From a virus (lineage: Duplodnaviria > Heunggongvirae > Uroviricota > Caudoviricetes), in the IMG/VR virus record IMGVR_UViG_2737471993_000002: 64,000 nt of DNA. One strand, written 5' to 3'. The notes below the pieces were generated by a model. The model was given only the letters and a program-made list of their open reading frames with translations, was not told where the DNA came from and did not search any database. Positions 47,569 through 57,973 of the stretch are shown piece by piece (within the stretch, counting starts at the first letter, position 1; each line of letters begins with the position of its first letter). Both the position numbers and the translations under genes were made by a program.

Positions 47569-48654
47569 ATGACTTTGCCATACGGCGTCATTTCTGACTG
47601 CCACTACCACAAATGGGATGCGTTCTCCACGACGAACGCTGAGGGGCTTAACTCCAGACTTGAAATACAGTTGGAAGCAACGAAAGAAGCAGCCATCGCC
47701 ATGAAGAAGGCCGGTTGTAAGTACATGTTGGTTGCCGGTGATACATTTCACGTCCGAGGAACTGTGTCCCCTTCTGTTTTGCATTACGTAACTGAAACGT
47801 ACAAGTGGATTATCAACGAGCTTGATCTGACAGTAGTAATGCTGGCCGGTAATCACGATCTTGAAACCAACGATTCAGTATATAGCGCCAACGCAGCAGC
47901 ATCGCTGAGTTCTATCGGCGTGGTAATCGTATGTGGCAAGCGCCCACACTCAATAAAAATTGGTGATGTGACTGTCCACCTGATTAGCTGGCGTAACAAT
48001 CATGCGGAGCTTATCAGCGATCTGAAAGCATTACGTAAGAGCGTAGAAGGTGATAATCATGACGTTGTTATCCATACATCCATTAACAAAGCCATTCCAA
48101 CAATGCCTGACGTCGGTATCGATGCGCAGGAGTTAAAGGATATCGGCTTTCGTCTCGTGCTTAGTGGGCATTACCACAACCACAAAGAGGTCATTCCTGG
48201 AGTTATCAGTGTCGGTGCACTGACTCATCAAAATTGGGGAGATGTTGGATCTCTGGCTGGCTACATGATCGTAAACCCGGACGGCAGTTTCAGTCACTAC
48301 GAAACCAGTGCGCCTAAATTCATTAACCTGGAAGATGATGTTGCTGATGACCAAATTCGCGGCAACTACGTGCGTTTCCGCGCCGTAATTGAGAACGATG
48401 AAGAAGGCATTAAGTACCAGAACATCCTCAAAACAATGGGTGCAAAAGGTGTCGTGTGCAACTTCATCCGTAAGTCATCAATGATGGAAGGGACAGCCAG
48501 CACAACTGAAACCAGCAAAATCGATAGCCTGGGAGAGTCGGTATCTGCTTATTGCAAGATTGTCCACGATACTGACGGCGGATTTGATCTGAGCAAATTG
48601 GATATTTTGTGTCAGGAAATCCTCACCGAAGCGGAGAGTTCGGAGGCTGTGTGA
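47569..48654 (+). CDS. Mre11/SbcD-like nuclease (calcineurin-like phosphoesterase)
   Basis: Metallophosphatase motifs VISDCHYH, VAGDTFH, LAGNHD, GHYH. Confidence 0.75.
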   Translation: MTLPYGVISDCHYHKWDAFSTTNAEGLNSRLEIQLEATKEAAIAMKKAGCKYMLVAGDTFHVRGTVSPSVLHYVTETYKWIINELDLTVVMLAGNHDLETNDSVYSANAAASLSSIGVVIVCGKRPHSIKIGDVTVHLISWRNNHAELISDLKALRKSVEGDNHDVVIHTSINKAIPTMPDVGIDAQELKDIGFRLVLSGHYHNHKEVIPGVISVGALTHQNWGDVGSLAGYMIVNPDGSFSHYETSAPKFINLEDDVADDQIRGNYVRFRAVIENDEEGIKYQNILKTMGAKGVVCNFIRKSSMMEGTASTTETSKIDSLGESVSAYCKIVHDTDGGFDLSKLDILCQEILTEAESSEAV

Positions 48655-48695
48655 AGCAAAGTCGTTATGGGAGCTTTCGAGACTTTGCCATCACG

Positions 48696-48887
48696 ATGAA
48701 AAGACTTGAACGAGGCCAGACGGTGATGTTTCACAAGCCCTACCCGCCACAAGGAAATCCCGTAGCGTTTTATCTTGGAAGGTTAACAAGAAAAGGCGTA
48801 TTGAGGCGCAGATCCTTCCCGGCGCATACGGAGTTCAGATTGAAAGAAGGCCAAAAGCTAACACACGGTATCAGAGGTGTTATATGA
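48696..48887 (+). CDS. Small basic protein between nuclease and ATPase genes (uncertain)
   Basis: Internal Met of track ORF 48609-48887; stop overlaps sbcC-like start (ATGA). Confidence 0.25.
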   Translation: MKRLERGQTVMFHKPYPPQGNPVAFYLGRLTRKGVLRRRSFPAHTEFRLKEGQKLTHGIRGVI

Positions 48888-50800
48888 AGTTTTTAAAGCT
48901 CCAGGTTGAGAATTTTATGGCTATCGCCAGCGCGGAGGTCGAGTTAGATCAGCGTGGTTTAGTGCTTATTCAGGGTGTTAATAGTGATGATAGTTCCGCA
49001 TCAAGTAATGGCTCTGGAAAGTCAACTCTAATGAATAGCCTGATGTGGTGTCTTTATGGCGAAACAGCTCATGGTGTGAAGGGTGACGATGTGTTGTCTA
49101 CCGACCATGAAAAGAACTGTCGTGTTGCAGTAACCATCGAGGATGAAGGCAAGAGATACGCAATCATTCGTCACCGTAAACACAAAGAGTTCAAAAATCG
49201 TCTTATCGTTCGTGGTGAAGATGGCGATATGACGAAAGGCAAAGATGCGCTGACGCAGGAGTTCGTCGAGCGTCTGATCGGTGCATCTAAAGAGGTTTTC
49301 ATGGCTTCCATCTATGCGAGCCAAGAAGCTATGCCAGATTTACCTGGAATGTCCGACAAAAACCTCAAAACCATCGTAGAAGAAGCCGCTGGCGTTGACA
49401 GACTGACACGCGCCTACGCTATTGCTCGTGAGCGAGCTAATGCAGCTGCCGCACGTATGGATGTGGTTAAAACCAAATTGGAGTCGACAATCTCGACCAT
49501 TGAGGCAACACAGTCAGAAATTGAGTCAGCGAAAGCCTCCTCTGAATCATGGGAGCAAGAGCGTTCTAAACGTTATGACGATGCCCTGGCTGGGCTGGCC
49601 AGTGCCGAAGTTGAGTTAACGGAAGTTGAACTTGAGATCCGCACTCTTCCCGAACAGATACGTGATACCGAGAAGGCAATCGAAAGTGAGCGCAAAAAGT
49701 TAGCCTCAAAAGAAGAACATGACGCCAAGTTGCTCAAAGTTCGTGGTGCGATAACTGATATTCGGGCAAGCATCAAAGCTACAGAAAATAGTCAGGCTGA
49801 TGCAATGAGCCGCGCGCGCAATTTTAAGACCAAAGCAGAAGAGGTTGGTACTAAAGTAGGATCACCATGCCCTACTTGTGGCAAAGCCTACTGCGAAGAA
49901 GATCTATCAACGGTGAAGGAGAATTTCATTGAACAAGCACGTCAGGAAATTGGTCAGGCGAAGACACTTGCAGAGGCAATGGCTAAACACAAAACGAATC
50001 TTGAGAAAGCGTTAAGCATTGAGTCTGCCCTTGTTAAAACGACACCTGATGTAACGGCTATCATTGCCCGGATTGAAGAGCTTACGAAACAACTCTCATC
50101 TTTGCGTCATCGTGAGAAGGAGGTTGTTGCTATTGAGTCTCTTGTGACTCGTGCTCGTACTGAGGTCGATCGTATATCAAAAGAGATTAATCCGTTTATT
50201 GCTCTTATCGCCAGACACGAAGATAACTTGGTATCCAGTAAGTCTACCTTCAAGTCCTTAAAAGATGAGTTGAAGGCTATTCAGGAACAAACGTTGCTAT
50301 TGGAAAAAGCTCGTCAGGTCTACTCTCCTGCCGGGGTGCGTTCTCATATTTTGACGTCTGTTACGCCTTTCCTGAATACACGCACTGCCGAGTATCTCAA
50401 TACGTTGTCTGACGGGAATATTACTGCTGAGTGGTCGACGATGGATGTCACTAAAAAAGGTGAGTATCGCGACAAATTCAACATTAGTGTGCAGAAGAAA
50501 GGTTCAAGTAAGTCGTTCCAGACCCTCTCTGGTGGTGAGAAGCGGAAGGTTCGCATTGCGTGTTCTTTGGCATTGCAGGATCTGGTTAGTAACCGGGCGA
50601 GTAAAAACATCGATTTGTTTATCGGCGACGAAATTGACGATGCACTCGATACAGCCGGTCTTGAACGCCTCATGGGTATTCTGGAGTCCAAAGCTCGCGA
50701 GCGAGGTACTGTGCTGATTATCTCCCATAAAGAGATGAAGTCATGGTTCCGGGAAACTATTACGCTGGAAGTTAAAGAGGGGCGCAGCTATGTCGTTTAA
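48884..50800 (+). CDS. Rad50/SbcC-like ATPase
   Basis: N-terminal Walker A GSGKSTLMNS, long coiled coil with zinc hook CPTCGK, C-terminal ABC signature LSGGEKRK and Walker B/D-loop LFIGDEIDDALD. Confidence 0.8.
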   Translation: MKFLKLQVENFMAIASAEVELDQRGLVLIQGVNSDDSSASSNGSGKSTLMNSLMWCLYGETAHGVKGDDVLSTDHEKNCRVAVTIEDEGKRYAIIRHRKHKEFKNRLIVRGEDGDMTKGKDALTQEFVERLIGASKEVFMASIYASQEAMPDLPGMSDKNLKTIVEEAAGVDRLTRAYAIARERANAAAARMDVVKTKLESTISTIEATQSEIESAKASSESWEQERSKRYDDALAGLASAEVELTEVELEIRTLPEQIRDTEKAIESERKKLASKEEHDAKLLKVRGAITDIRASIKATENSQADAMSRARNFKTKAEEVGTKVGSPCPTCGKAYCEEDLSTVKENFIEQARQEIGQAKTLAEAMAKHKTNLEKALSIESALVKTTPDVTAIIARIEELTKQLSSLRHREKEVVAIESLVTRARTEVDRISKEINPFIALIARHEDNLVSSKSTFKSLKDELKAIQEQTLLLEKARQVYSPAGVRSHILTSVTPFLNTRTAEYLNTLSDGNITAEWSTMDVTKKGEYRDKFNISVQKKGSSKSFQTLSGGEKRKVRIACSLALQDLVSNRASKNIDLFIGDEIDDALDTAGLERLMGILESKARERGTVLIISHKEMKSWFRETITLEVKEGRSYVV

Positions 50801-51533
50801 ATTAAGCCGCTCGCAGTTTTTGCAGGTATTTGCAGTGATGCAGTCGATAAAACTGATCAATGGGCATACTTCCAATGGTGCGGCTCCACGTATTCTGTGG
50901 GGCAGCAACAATATTGACGGAGTACAATTCGCCGCGTTGCTTGGTCTAATATCCGAGACGCCATTGATGCAAAGTTTGAAATCACTACCACCTGGATGTA
51001 TTGCGCCGATCCTGATTAATCCTTTTGTTGAGGGGGGATATCTTCCCAACGTCGGGCCTGGGTTTATTGCATCCCATGAAACTGAAGATCTTAACATTAA
51101 TAGCGAAGGGTTCTTTGGGGGAATGGGTGCGCATCACTGTATGGCTTTCACGAACCTTATTCGACTTGCCAATAAGCGGGTGGATAGTTTGGCATCGCCA
51201 GGTGATGCTTTTACTGGTTTCCTTATCCAAAGGAGGGATAAAAAGTACAGTGCGGACAAACTACAGTTTGTTGGTAAGTATGGAGAAATGGTAGAAATCG
51301 AACTTCAGCTCCCTCATGTTTTAGCAAACGATAGTGCAGACAGTCGGAGGCTATTGGGCATCATGCGTCATTTCATAGCAAGTGGTGTTAAACATGCCGC
51401 AGATAAACGTGTCACGCAGGAAAATGAGTATTCAGACTTTGCAAACTATCCCCAACCAACGTTGCAAACGGCAATAGTAGCCAATTCGTTGGAGGCGAGA
51501 TTATTGGAAAACCCTATATGGGGAACATGGTAA
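50790..51533 (+). CDS. Hypothetical protein
   Basis: 247-aa ORF. Confidence 0.45.
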   Translation: MSFKLSRSQFLQVFAVMQSIKLINGHTSNGAAPRILWGSNNIDGVQFAALLGLISETPLMQSLKSLPPGCIAPILINPFVEGGYLPNVGPGFIASHETEDLNINSEGFFGGMGAHHCMAFTNLIRLANKRVDSLASPGDAFTGFLIQRRDKKYSADKLQFVGKYGEMVEIELQLPHVLANDSADSRRLLGIMRHFIASGVKHAADKRVTQENEYSDFANYPQPTLQTAIVANSLEARLLENPIWGTW

Positions 51534-51542
51534 GGAGACTAT

Positions 51543-52112
51543 ATGAGTAAAAAAATCAGCGTAGTTGGTGTTGATCCCTCAATGAGCAACTTTGGGCTTG
51601 CTGTGGGCACTTTAGACCTTGAGACGGACGAACTTGAGATTCACGGCCTTACTATTGTTGAGACTAAAGCGGGGAGTAACAAAAAGACCGTTCGTGTGAA
51701 CAGTGACGATCTGCGCCGCGCCAGTGAAATATGGCGTGTTGCGAAGCCAATCATTGATAAGGCAAATATGGTTTTTTGTGAGCTACCGGTTGGGAGCCAA
51801 AACTCTCGTTCGCAGACGTCTTACGGTATTTGTATCGGTGTACTTGCGTGTGTGGATAAGCCATTGATCCAGGTTACTCCAAACGAAATCAAGCATTTTG
51901 TCGGCAATAAACTTACTACATCGAAAGAAGAGATTATCCAGTGGGCTACGAAAAAACACCCTAAAGCACCGTGGCTGCGTCGTAAGCAATCTGGACAGGA
52001 TGTTCTCGTGAACAAAAACGAACATTTGGCTGATGCGGTGGCTGCCATCCATACCGGTATGCAAACAGATCAGTTCCGCCAGGTGCGCGATGTTCTTAAG
52101 TCTCTCATTTGA
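51543..52112 (+). CDS. RuvC-like Holliday junction resolvase
   Basis: N-terminal VVGVDPSMSNFGLAV matches RuvC-fold first catalytic motif; 189 aa. Confidence 0.55.
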   Translation: MSKKISVVGVDPSMSNFGLAVGTLDLETDELEIHGLTIVETKAGSNKKTVRVNSDDLRRASEIWRVAKPIIDKANMVFCELPVGSQNSRSQTSYGICIGVLACVDKPLIQVTPNEIKHFVGNKLTTSKEEIIQWATKKHPKAPWLRRKQSGQDVLVNKNEHLADAVAAIHTGMQTDQFRQVRDVLKSLI

Positions 52113-52118
52113 TTTCAT

Positions 52119-52139
52119 TGATAGGTAAGTGCTTATCTA
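52119..52139. promoter_or_regulatory. Palindromic operator-like motif (TGATAGGTAAGTGCTTATCTA)
   Basis: Motif-family member ~45 nt upstream of nrdA; followed by hairpin/terminator. Confidence 0.45.
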
Positions 52140-52146
52140 TTAACAT

Positions 52147-52177
52147 GGGCCACTATATTTAGTGGCCCTCTTTATTT
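52147..52177 (+). terminator. Rho-independent terminator / attenuator upstream of nrdA
   Basis: GGGCCACT-ATATTT-AGTGGCCC followed by T-rich tract. Confidence 0.6.
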
Positions 52178-52185
52178 GGTGATAC

Positions 52186-54501
52186 ATGATAAGCATCGTA
52201 AAACGTAACGGCCAAACAGAGCCGTTATCCGAAGAAAAATACAACCGCGTCGTAATGTATGGCGTAGAAGGCATTCGTGGTGTAAGCGCATCCGCTGTAG
52301 CAATGGGAGCTGCGGCCAGCATTTTTGATGGGATTACCACCAGCCAGTTGCATGAGGCTTTGGTTAAATCTGCCGCTGATTTGATCTCACCAGAAGCACC
52401 AAATTACTCACAGGTGGCTGCCCGCCTGAACATTTTTAAAATCCGCAAAGATGCCTTCGGTCGTTACGACTATCCGAACTTCTACCAACACATTGTCAAG
52501 AACGTTAACAAGGGCGTTTATGACAAGGATTTGCTGACACATTATTCGTTTGAAGAGATCGAAGAACTCGGCAATTACATTAAGCCGAAACGTGACGATC
52601 TTTTTGGCTATGCAGCTACGGTGCAGTTGCAAAGCAAATACCTCGTTCAAAACCGTGTTACTGGTGAGATTCATGAGGGGCCGCAACATATCTATATGCT
52701 GGTAGGCATGTGTCTGTTCCAGAATTGGGAAGACGACTGCGCTGGCAAAACACGTATGGAGATGGTCAAAGGTTTCTATGACGTTACAAGTACGTTCAAA
52801 CTGTCTCTGCCCACACCAATCATGGCCGGCGTCCGTACTCCAACCCGTCAGTTCTCCAGTTGTGTGCTGATTGAGTCTGGCGATAGTCTGAAAGGGATTA
52901 GTGCAGCTTCAGCCGCAATTATCGACTACGTTTCACGTCGTGCTGGAATTGGTATTGGTTTTGGCCGTATCCGTGCGCTGGGCAGCGAGATCCGCAATGG
53001 TGAAGCCACCCATACCGGAGTTATTCCATTCCTGAAGCATTTCCAGACGGCTGTTAAATCTTGTTCGCAAGGTGGTGTTCGTGGTGGCGCAGCAACAGCG
53101 TTTTACCCGATCTGGCATCTTGAAGTTGAAAGTCTGCTGGTGGTGAAAAATAACCGTGGTATTGATGAAAACCGCGTTCGCCATCTTGATTACGGCGTCA
53201 TGAGTAACCGTCTAATGTACCGTCGACTCGTCAGAAGCGAGAACATCACTCTGTTCAGCCCGCATGATGTGCCTGATATGTACGAAGCCTTCTTCACAGA
53301 CCAGGAGCTGTTTGAAAAGCTGTACCATAAATACGAAGCCGATGATTCAATTCGCAAGAAGCCAGTACCTGCCATTGAGCTGTTCTCATCTCTGATGCAG
53401 GAACGAGCGTCCACGGGCCGAATTTATATTGCGAACGTAGATCATATTAACGAGCATGGCGCTTTCATTCCTGCTCTTGCACCTGTTCGCCAGTCAAACC
53501 TGTGCATGGAGATCACTCTACCCACTCGTCCACTGGCATTTACCGACGACCCGAACGGTGAGATCGCGCTATGCACTTTATCCGCTTTTAACCTCGGAGC
53601 CATCCGTTCACTGGAGTCTCTTAAAGAGGTGGCGTTCTATGCCGTTGCTGCACTGGATTCGTTACTGGATTATCAAGACTATCCGATGGAGGCAGCCGAA
53701 GTGCCTGCCAAAGCTCGTCGTAGCTTGGGAATTGGTGTAACCAACTTTGCTTATTACCTGGCAAAGAATGGCGTTCGTTATTCTGATACCGCTGGCAATA
53801 AACTGGTGCATGAAACGTTCGAAGCTATCCAGTATTACCTTCTTGATGCCAGCTGCCGACTTGCTGAAGCAAAAGGTGAGTGTGACTGGTTTGAGCAGAC
53901 CAAGTACGCAATTGGTCAGTTGCCGATCGACCATTACCGTTCTTCATTAGACGAAAGTGGCGAAACCAACTTTGAGTTAAAGATGCCGTGGGAAGAACTG
54001 CGTGAACGTATTGCAAAATACGGCCTTCGCAACTCCACACTGACGGCACAAATGCCATGCGAGACTTCCAGCCAGATCACTAATTCCACCAACGGCATCG
54101 AACCGCCTCGTGGCCCGGTGTCGGTGAAATCTTCTAAGGACGGCATCGTTAAGATGGTCGTGCCTGAGTTTGAAAAACTGAAGGAACAGTATGAATACCT
54201 GTGGGATATGCCGGACAACCGCGGCTATCTGACAAAGGTGGCGATCATCCAGAAGTTCTTTGACCAGGCTATTTCAGCCAATACCAACTATGACCCTTCT
54301 CGCTTTGAAGGCGATAAAGTCCCAATGATGACGCTACTGTCAGATTTGCTTCTCGCCTACAAGATGGGAGTTAAAACGCTTTACTACCACAACACCAGAG
54401 ATGGGGCAGGAAAGCGTGATGACGACGAACCGCAGAATCCACTGACGCAAGCTGTAGCCGTCGAGCCAGAAGATGAGTGCGACGGAGCCTGCAAAATCTG
54501 A
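52186..54501 (+). CDS. nrdA: Ribonucleotide reductase class Ia large subunit
   Basis: 771 aa, N-terminal ATP-cone, active-site region SNLCMEITLP, C-terminal Cys pair (CDGACKI). Confidence 0.9.
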   Translation: MISIVKRNGQTEPLSEEKYNRVVMYGVEGIRGVSASAVAMGAAASIFDGITTSQLHEALVKSAADLISPEAPNYSQVAARLNIFKIRKDAFGRYDYPNFYQHIVKNVNKGVYDKDLLTHYSFEEIEELGNYIKPKRDDLFGYAATVQLQSKYLVQNRVTGEIHEGPQHIYMLVGMCLFQNWEDDCAGKTRMEMVKGFYDVTSTFKLSLPTPIMAGVRTPTRQFSSCVLIESGDSLKGISAASAAIIDYVSRRAGIGIGFGRIRALGSEIRNGEATHTGVIPFLKHFQTAVKSCSQGGVRGGAATAFYPIWHLEVESLLVVKNNRGIDENRVRHLDYGVMSNRLMYRRLVRSENITLFSPHDVPDMYEAFFTDQELFEKLYHKYEADDSIRKKPVPAIELFSSLMQERASTGRIYIANVDHINEHGAFIPALAPVRQSNLCMEITLPTRPLAFTDDPNGEIALCTLSAFNLGAIRSLESLKEVAFYAVAALDSLLDYQDYPMEAAEVPAKARRSLGIGVTNFAYYLAKNGVRYSDTAGNKLVHETFEAIQYYLLDASCRLAEAKGECDWFEQTKYAIGQLPIDHYRSSLDESGETNFELKMPWEELRERIAKYGLRNSTLTAQMPCETSSQITNSTNGIEPPRGPVSVKSSKDGIVKMVVPEFEKLKEQYEYLWDMPDNRGYLTKVAIIQKFFDQAISANTNYDPSRFEGDKVPMMTLLSDLLLAYKMGVKTLYYHNTRDGAGKRDDDEPQNPLTQAVAVEPEDECDGACKI

Positions 54502-54607
54502 CATATGGTGGGGGATATCCCCACCTTCTCTTTGATTTGTAAGCCTTGTTTAAACACATAAGATAACAACTTGTTTAAACGCACCAAAAAAGAAAAAGGA
54601 AAAACAC

Positions 54608-55750
54608 ATGTCATATTCAACGTTCCGTTTGGGTGCTAATGATGCAACCAAAGAGCCTATGTTCCTCGGACAATCTGTCAACGTGGCACGTTACGATCAG
54701 CAAAAATACCGTGATTTTGAAAAGTTGATTGAACGTCAATTGTCTTTCTTCTGGCGGCCGGAAGAAGTTGATATTTCGAGCGATCGTATCGACTTCAACA
54801 CGAAGCTGCGGGACCACGAACGTCACATTTTTCTGAGCAATCTCCGTTATCAAACGTTACTCGATTCAGTTCAGGGACGTAGCCCAAATGCAACGCTGCT
54901 GCCGCTTATCTCTATTCCTGAACTGGAAACGTGGGTTGAAACATGGTCTTTCTCTGAGACTATCCATAGCCGCAGCTACACCCACATTATTCGTGGCATG
55001 GTGGACGATCCGAGCATTGTTTTTGACGGTATTGTTACGGATGAAGAAATCATCAACCGAGCGATCAGTATCTCTGCTGAATATGACAGGCTTTATGGGA
55101 TGACCTGCGAGCGCCAGTCGTTAGGTGAGAAAGAGTTTGAACGTCTGTACGTAAATGAATATGGCTGGGAGCCATACCCTTTGCATCGTCAGCTTTTCCG
55201 CACGTTGGTGTCCATTAATGCGCTTGAGGCGATCCGTTTCTATGTAAGTTTTGCATGTACGTTTGCCTTTGGCGAACGGAAGTTGCTTGAGGGTAACACC
55301 AAAATTATGCGCTTTATTGCCCGTGATGAAGCTCTGCATTGCGAAGGAACTGAACGCATGATCCGCTTCATGCGTACCGGTCGCGAAGGTTTATTGTGGA
55401 AAGAGATTGCTGCTGATGAAGAAAACGTCATTTACGACACCATGAAATCAGTCGCCGAACAAGAAATGAACTGGGCAGACTATCTCTTCAAAGACGGTTC
55501 GATGATTGGTTTAAACGCGGATATTCTGAAGACCTATGTAAAATACCGAACCAATCTGGCTATGAATCGTCTTGGCCTGAAGGCTTTATTTCCAGAAGTT
55601 ACCACTGATCCGCTGGTCTGGATGAACAAGTGGTTGTTAACCGACACACTGCAAATTGCACCACAAGAGGCAGAGCAAAGCACATATCTGGTAGGTCAGA
55701 TCGATTCTACCGTGGATAAGGCTTCTCTAAGCCAGTTTGCAGACCTGTAA
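54608..55750 (+). CDS. nrdB: Ribonucleotide reductase class Ia small subunit
   Basis: 380 aa; di-iron ligand motifs ([17 protein letters not shown]) and C-terminal tail typical of NrdB. Confidence 0.9.
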   Translation: MSYSTFRLGANDATKEPMFLGQSVNVARYDQQKYRDFEKLIERQLSFFWRPEEVDISSDRIDFNTKLRDHERHIFLSNLRYQTLLDSVQGRSPNATLLPLISIPELETWVETWSFSETIHSRSYTHIIRGMVDDPSIVFDGIVTDEEIINRAISISAEYDRLYGMTCERQSLGEKEFERLYVNEYGWEPYPLHRQLFRTLVSINALEAIRFYVSFACTFAFGERKLLEGNTKIMRFIARDEALHCEGTERMIRFMRTGREGLLWKEIAADEENVIYDTMKSVAEQEMNWADYLFKDGSMIGLNADILKTYVKYRTNLAMNRLGLKALFPEVTTDPLVWMNKWLLTDTLQIAPQEAEQSTYLVGQIDSTVDKASLSQFADL

Positions 55751-55827
55751 ACCGATACAAAGCATTATGTGGCCTGGCAACGCTGGGCCACAATGGATCA
55801 CAAGAATTAAGAAGGAACAAAACTAGC

Positions 55828-56697
55828 ATGAACTTTACCAAACTGACTGACCACCTGAAACTTGCCACCGATCGACTCATTGGATTTAAGCCAGAACCAT
55901 ATGAGTTGCATGAAGGCCATGGTGTAGCCACTGAAAGTATTTACAAGATGGTCGATCAGTTTCATGAACTCTTCCAGCATCCGAGACGCGTTATGCCGAC
56001 ACCAGAGCTGCTTCGTCTCCGTGCAAGCCTGATTCATGAAGAAGCTGTAGTGGAAGGTATTCCAGCTGCAATGAATGGGGATATTGAGCAACTGCTGGAT
56101 GCAATGGCCGACTTTTTATACGTTGGTGTTGGTACGATGGTCGCCATCAAAGGTGGTATTTCTACCGGCATGACCTATTACACGCAGGAACAGAGCATTG
56201 ATCGCTTTATGCAGACAATTTTTGTGCCCGGTAACACTGTTTTCGATGATATGGCAATGCCATTTCAGGAAGCTCGTGAGGCGTCATGTATGCTCGAAGA
56301 GCTGGCAGATAAACTTGAGAACAAGACTGTTAAGGATTCTGAGCTGATTCAGGAACTGCGCCGTGTCATGAACAAAATCTATGTGGCGTGCATGATGACC
56401 TATCGACTGGCTGATTTCCTCGGTATCAATGTAGTCGAGCTGGTTGGCGAAATTCATCGGTCTAACATGACAAAATTATGGCCTGCTGATGTAGAGGAAC
56501 GTCGCCAGGCTGTGGCCAACTGCAAATACGACTCTTCAGACCTGGGATTTCGCCATGCTGATGGTACCGATAAGATGATCGGTTTTCGAATTTCCGATGG
56601 AAAGATTCTGAAGTCTCCAACCTATAGTGATGTCGATTTATCCTCCTTTGTTGAGCAAGCTAAAGCCTCAGCAATGTACGGAATGATCAAAAAATAA
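55828..56697 (+). CDS. MazG-like / all-alpha NTP pyrophosphohydrolase-like protein (uncertain)
   Basis: EEAVVEGIPAAMNGDIEQLLDAMADFLYV resembles the EExxE...E..D MazG metal-binding helices; lies in nucleotide-metabolism block. Confidence 0.4.
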   Translation: MNFTKLTDHLKLATDRLIGFKPEPYELHEGHGVATESIYKMVDQFHELFQHPRRVMPTPELLRLRASLIHEEAVVEGIPAAMNGDIEQLLDAMADFLYVGVGTMVAIKGGISTGMTYYTQEQSIDRFMQTIFVPGNTVFDDMAMPFQEAREASCMLEELADKLENKTVKDSELIQELRRVMNKIYVACMMTYRLADFLGINVVELVGEIHRSNMTKLWPADVEERRQAVANCKYDSSDLGFRHADGTDKMIGFRISDGKILKSPTYSDVDLSSFVEQAKASAMYGMIKK

Positions 56698-56836
56698 TTG
56701 TAGGTAGTTATCTATCTATGTATATTGTGTTGGCGCGTTAAATTCCTGAAACAACTATTCGTTTTTGGTGGCCTATGGCCACCATTTTTTTATCTATCTG
56801 GCCTTGTTCTCTCAATAAATGTAAACTCACGTAATG

Positions 56837-56854
56837 AATAAGTGGTTACTTATC
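56837..56854. promoter_or_regulatory. Palindromic operator-like motif (AATAAGTGGTTACTTATC)
   Basis: Motif-family member immediately upstream of thyA; track's GTG start at 56842 falls inside it. Confidence 0.4.
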
Positions 56855-56868
56855 TTTGTGAGGTTTTT

Positions 56869-57972
56869 GTGTCACTCCTTTTGAATCGTGAGCATACGAA
56901 CGGTCAGGTAACAAACGCATCGTATGCAAAAGTTATTGAGACGGTGCTTAAAAGCGGCGTGCAGGCTGATGATCGCACAGGCACTGGTACTTTAAGCACC
57001 TGCTACGTTCCCTCTTACTACATGCTTACTGGTGGGACTGTGCCGCTTATTTCTGGAAAGGCGGTAAATCTTAAGCCACTGCTTGTCGAACTTGAGTGGT
57101 ATCTGAAAGGCACGGGCAACATCCAATTTCTCAAGGATAACGGCGTTAAGATTTGGGATGCATGGGCCGATGAGAATGGCGATTTGGGGCCGGTTTACGG
57201 TAAGCAGTGGCGTCGATGGGAAGATACCCGCATCGTGAGCCATAGTGAATATCTGAGCAAGATCGCTACTTTCCGTGAACGCGGGTACAAAGTCGAGGGA
57301 TACCTGGGTATCAGTGAAGATCGCGTAGTGCTGTCCCGTGAAATCGATCAGCTACAGCGTATTGTCGATACACTGCGCACGAACCCTACCGATCGTCGCA
57401 TCATGCTTAACGCATGGAACGTAGGCGAGCTTGAGGATATGAAACTGCCACCTTGCCACTTTGTCTTCTCTTTGTGGAGTCGTGAGCTGGATTTTGAAAC
57501 CCGTTTAACGATGGCAACTGACATTGGTCTTCAACACAGTCGCCTCGGTTACGAGTCTATCTACACCAAGATGCTATACGATCTGGAGATGGACGGCAGT
57601 GTTACTGAAGCTGAACTGGATGAACTTGGAATCCCCAAACGCATCCTCAACTCCTGCCTCGTACAGCGTAGCGTAGACACTTTTGTTGGTATGCCATTCA
57701 ATATTGCTGGCTATGGCATTCTCACTCATTTTCTCGCGAAGATTACGGGTCACATGGCCGGTGCATTTGTGCATTTTGGCTTTGACGTGCATTTGTACAA
57801 CAACCACATGGAAGGTGTGTGTGAGCTAATGAAACGACAGGCTCCAGAGCATTCAGATCCGGTCGTTATTTTCCCTCATGAATGGTCAGAGTTGGATGAT
57901 TTCAAATGGGACGAGGTTTTAATTCTTGGCTATGACCCTCTATCGTGGATCAAGGTTCCAGTGGCGGTGTGA
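56869..57972 (+). CDS. thyA: Thymidylate synthase (ThyA) with two in-frame insertions
   Basis: Start set at GTG 56869 (GAGG SD 5 nt upstream). Motifs DRTGTGT, GDLGPVYGKQWRRW, LPPCH, MPFNIA; insertions after QWRRW and after PPCH compared with E. coli ThyA as recalled. Confidence 0.85.
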   Translation: MSLLLNREHTNGQVTNASYAKVIETVLKSGVQADDRTGTGTLSTCYVPSYYMLTGGTVPLISGKAVNLKPLLVELEWYLKGTGNIQFLKDNGVKIWDAWADENGDLGPVYGKQWRRWEDTRIVSHSEYLSKIATFRERGYKVEGYLGISEDRVVLSREIDQLQRIVDTLRTNPTDRRIMLNAWNVGELEDMKLPPCHFVFSLWSRELDFETRLTMATDIGLQHSRLGYESIYTKMLYDLEMDGSVTEAELDELGIPKRILNSCLVQRSVDTFVGMPFNIAGYGILTHFLAKITGHMAGAFVHFGFDVHLYNNHMEGVCELMKRQAPEHSDPVVIFPHEWSELDDFKWDEVLILGYDPLSWIKVPVAV

Positions 57973-57973
57973 T

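Noticed and set aside
56869-57972. Intron or intein in thyA (gene ~100 codons longer than E. coli ThyA)
   Set aside because: The extra sequence is in frame, has no stop codons, and no intein block motifs or group I intron structure were recognisable; interpreted as protein insertions.
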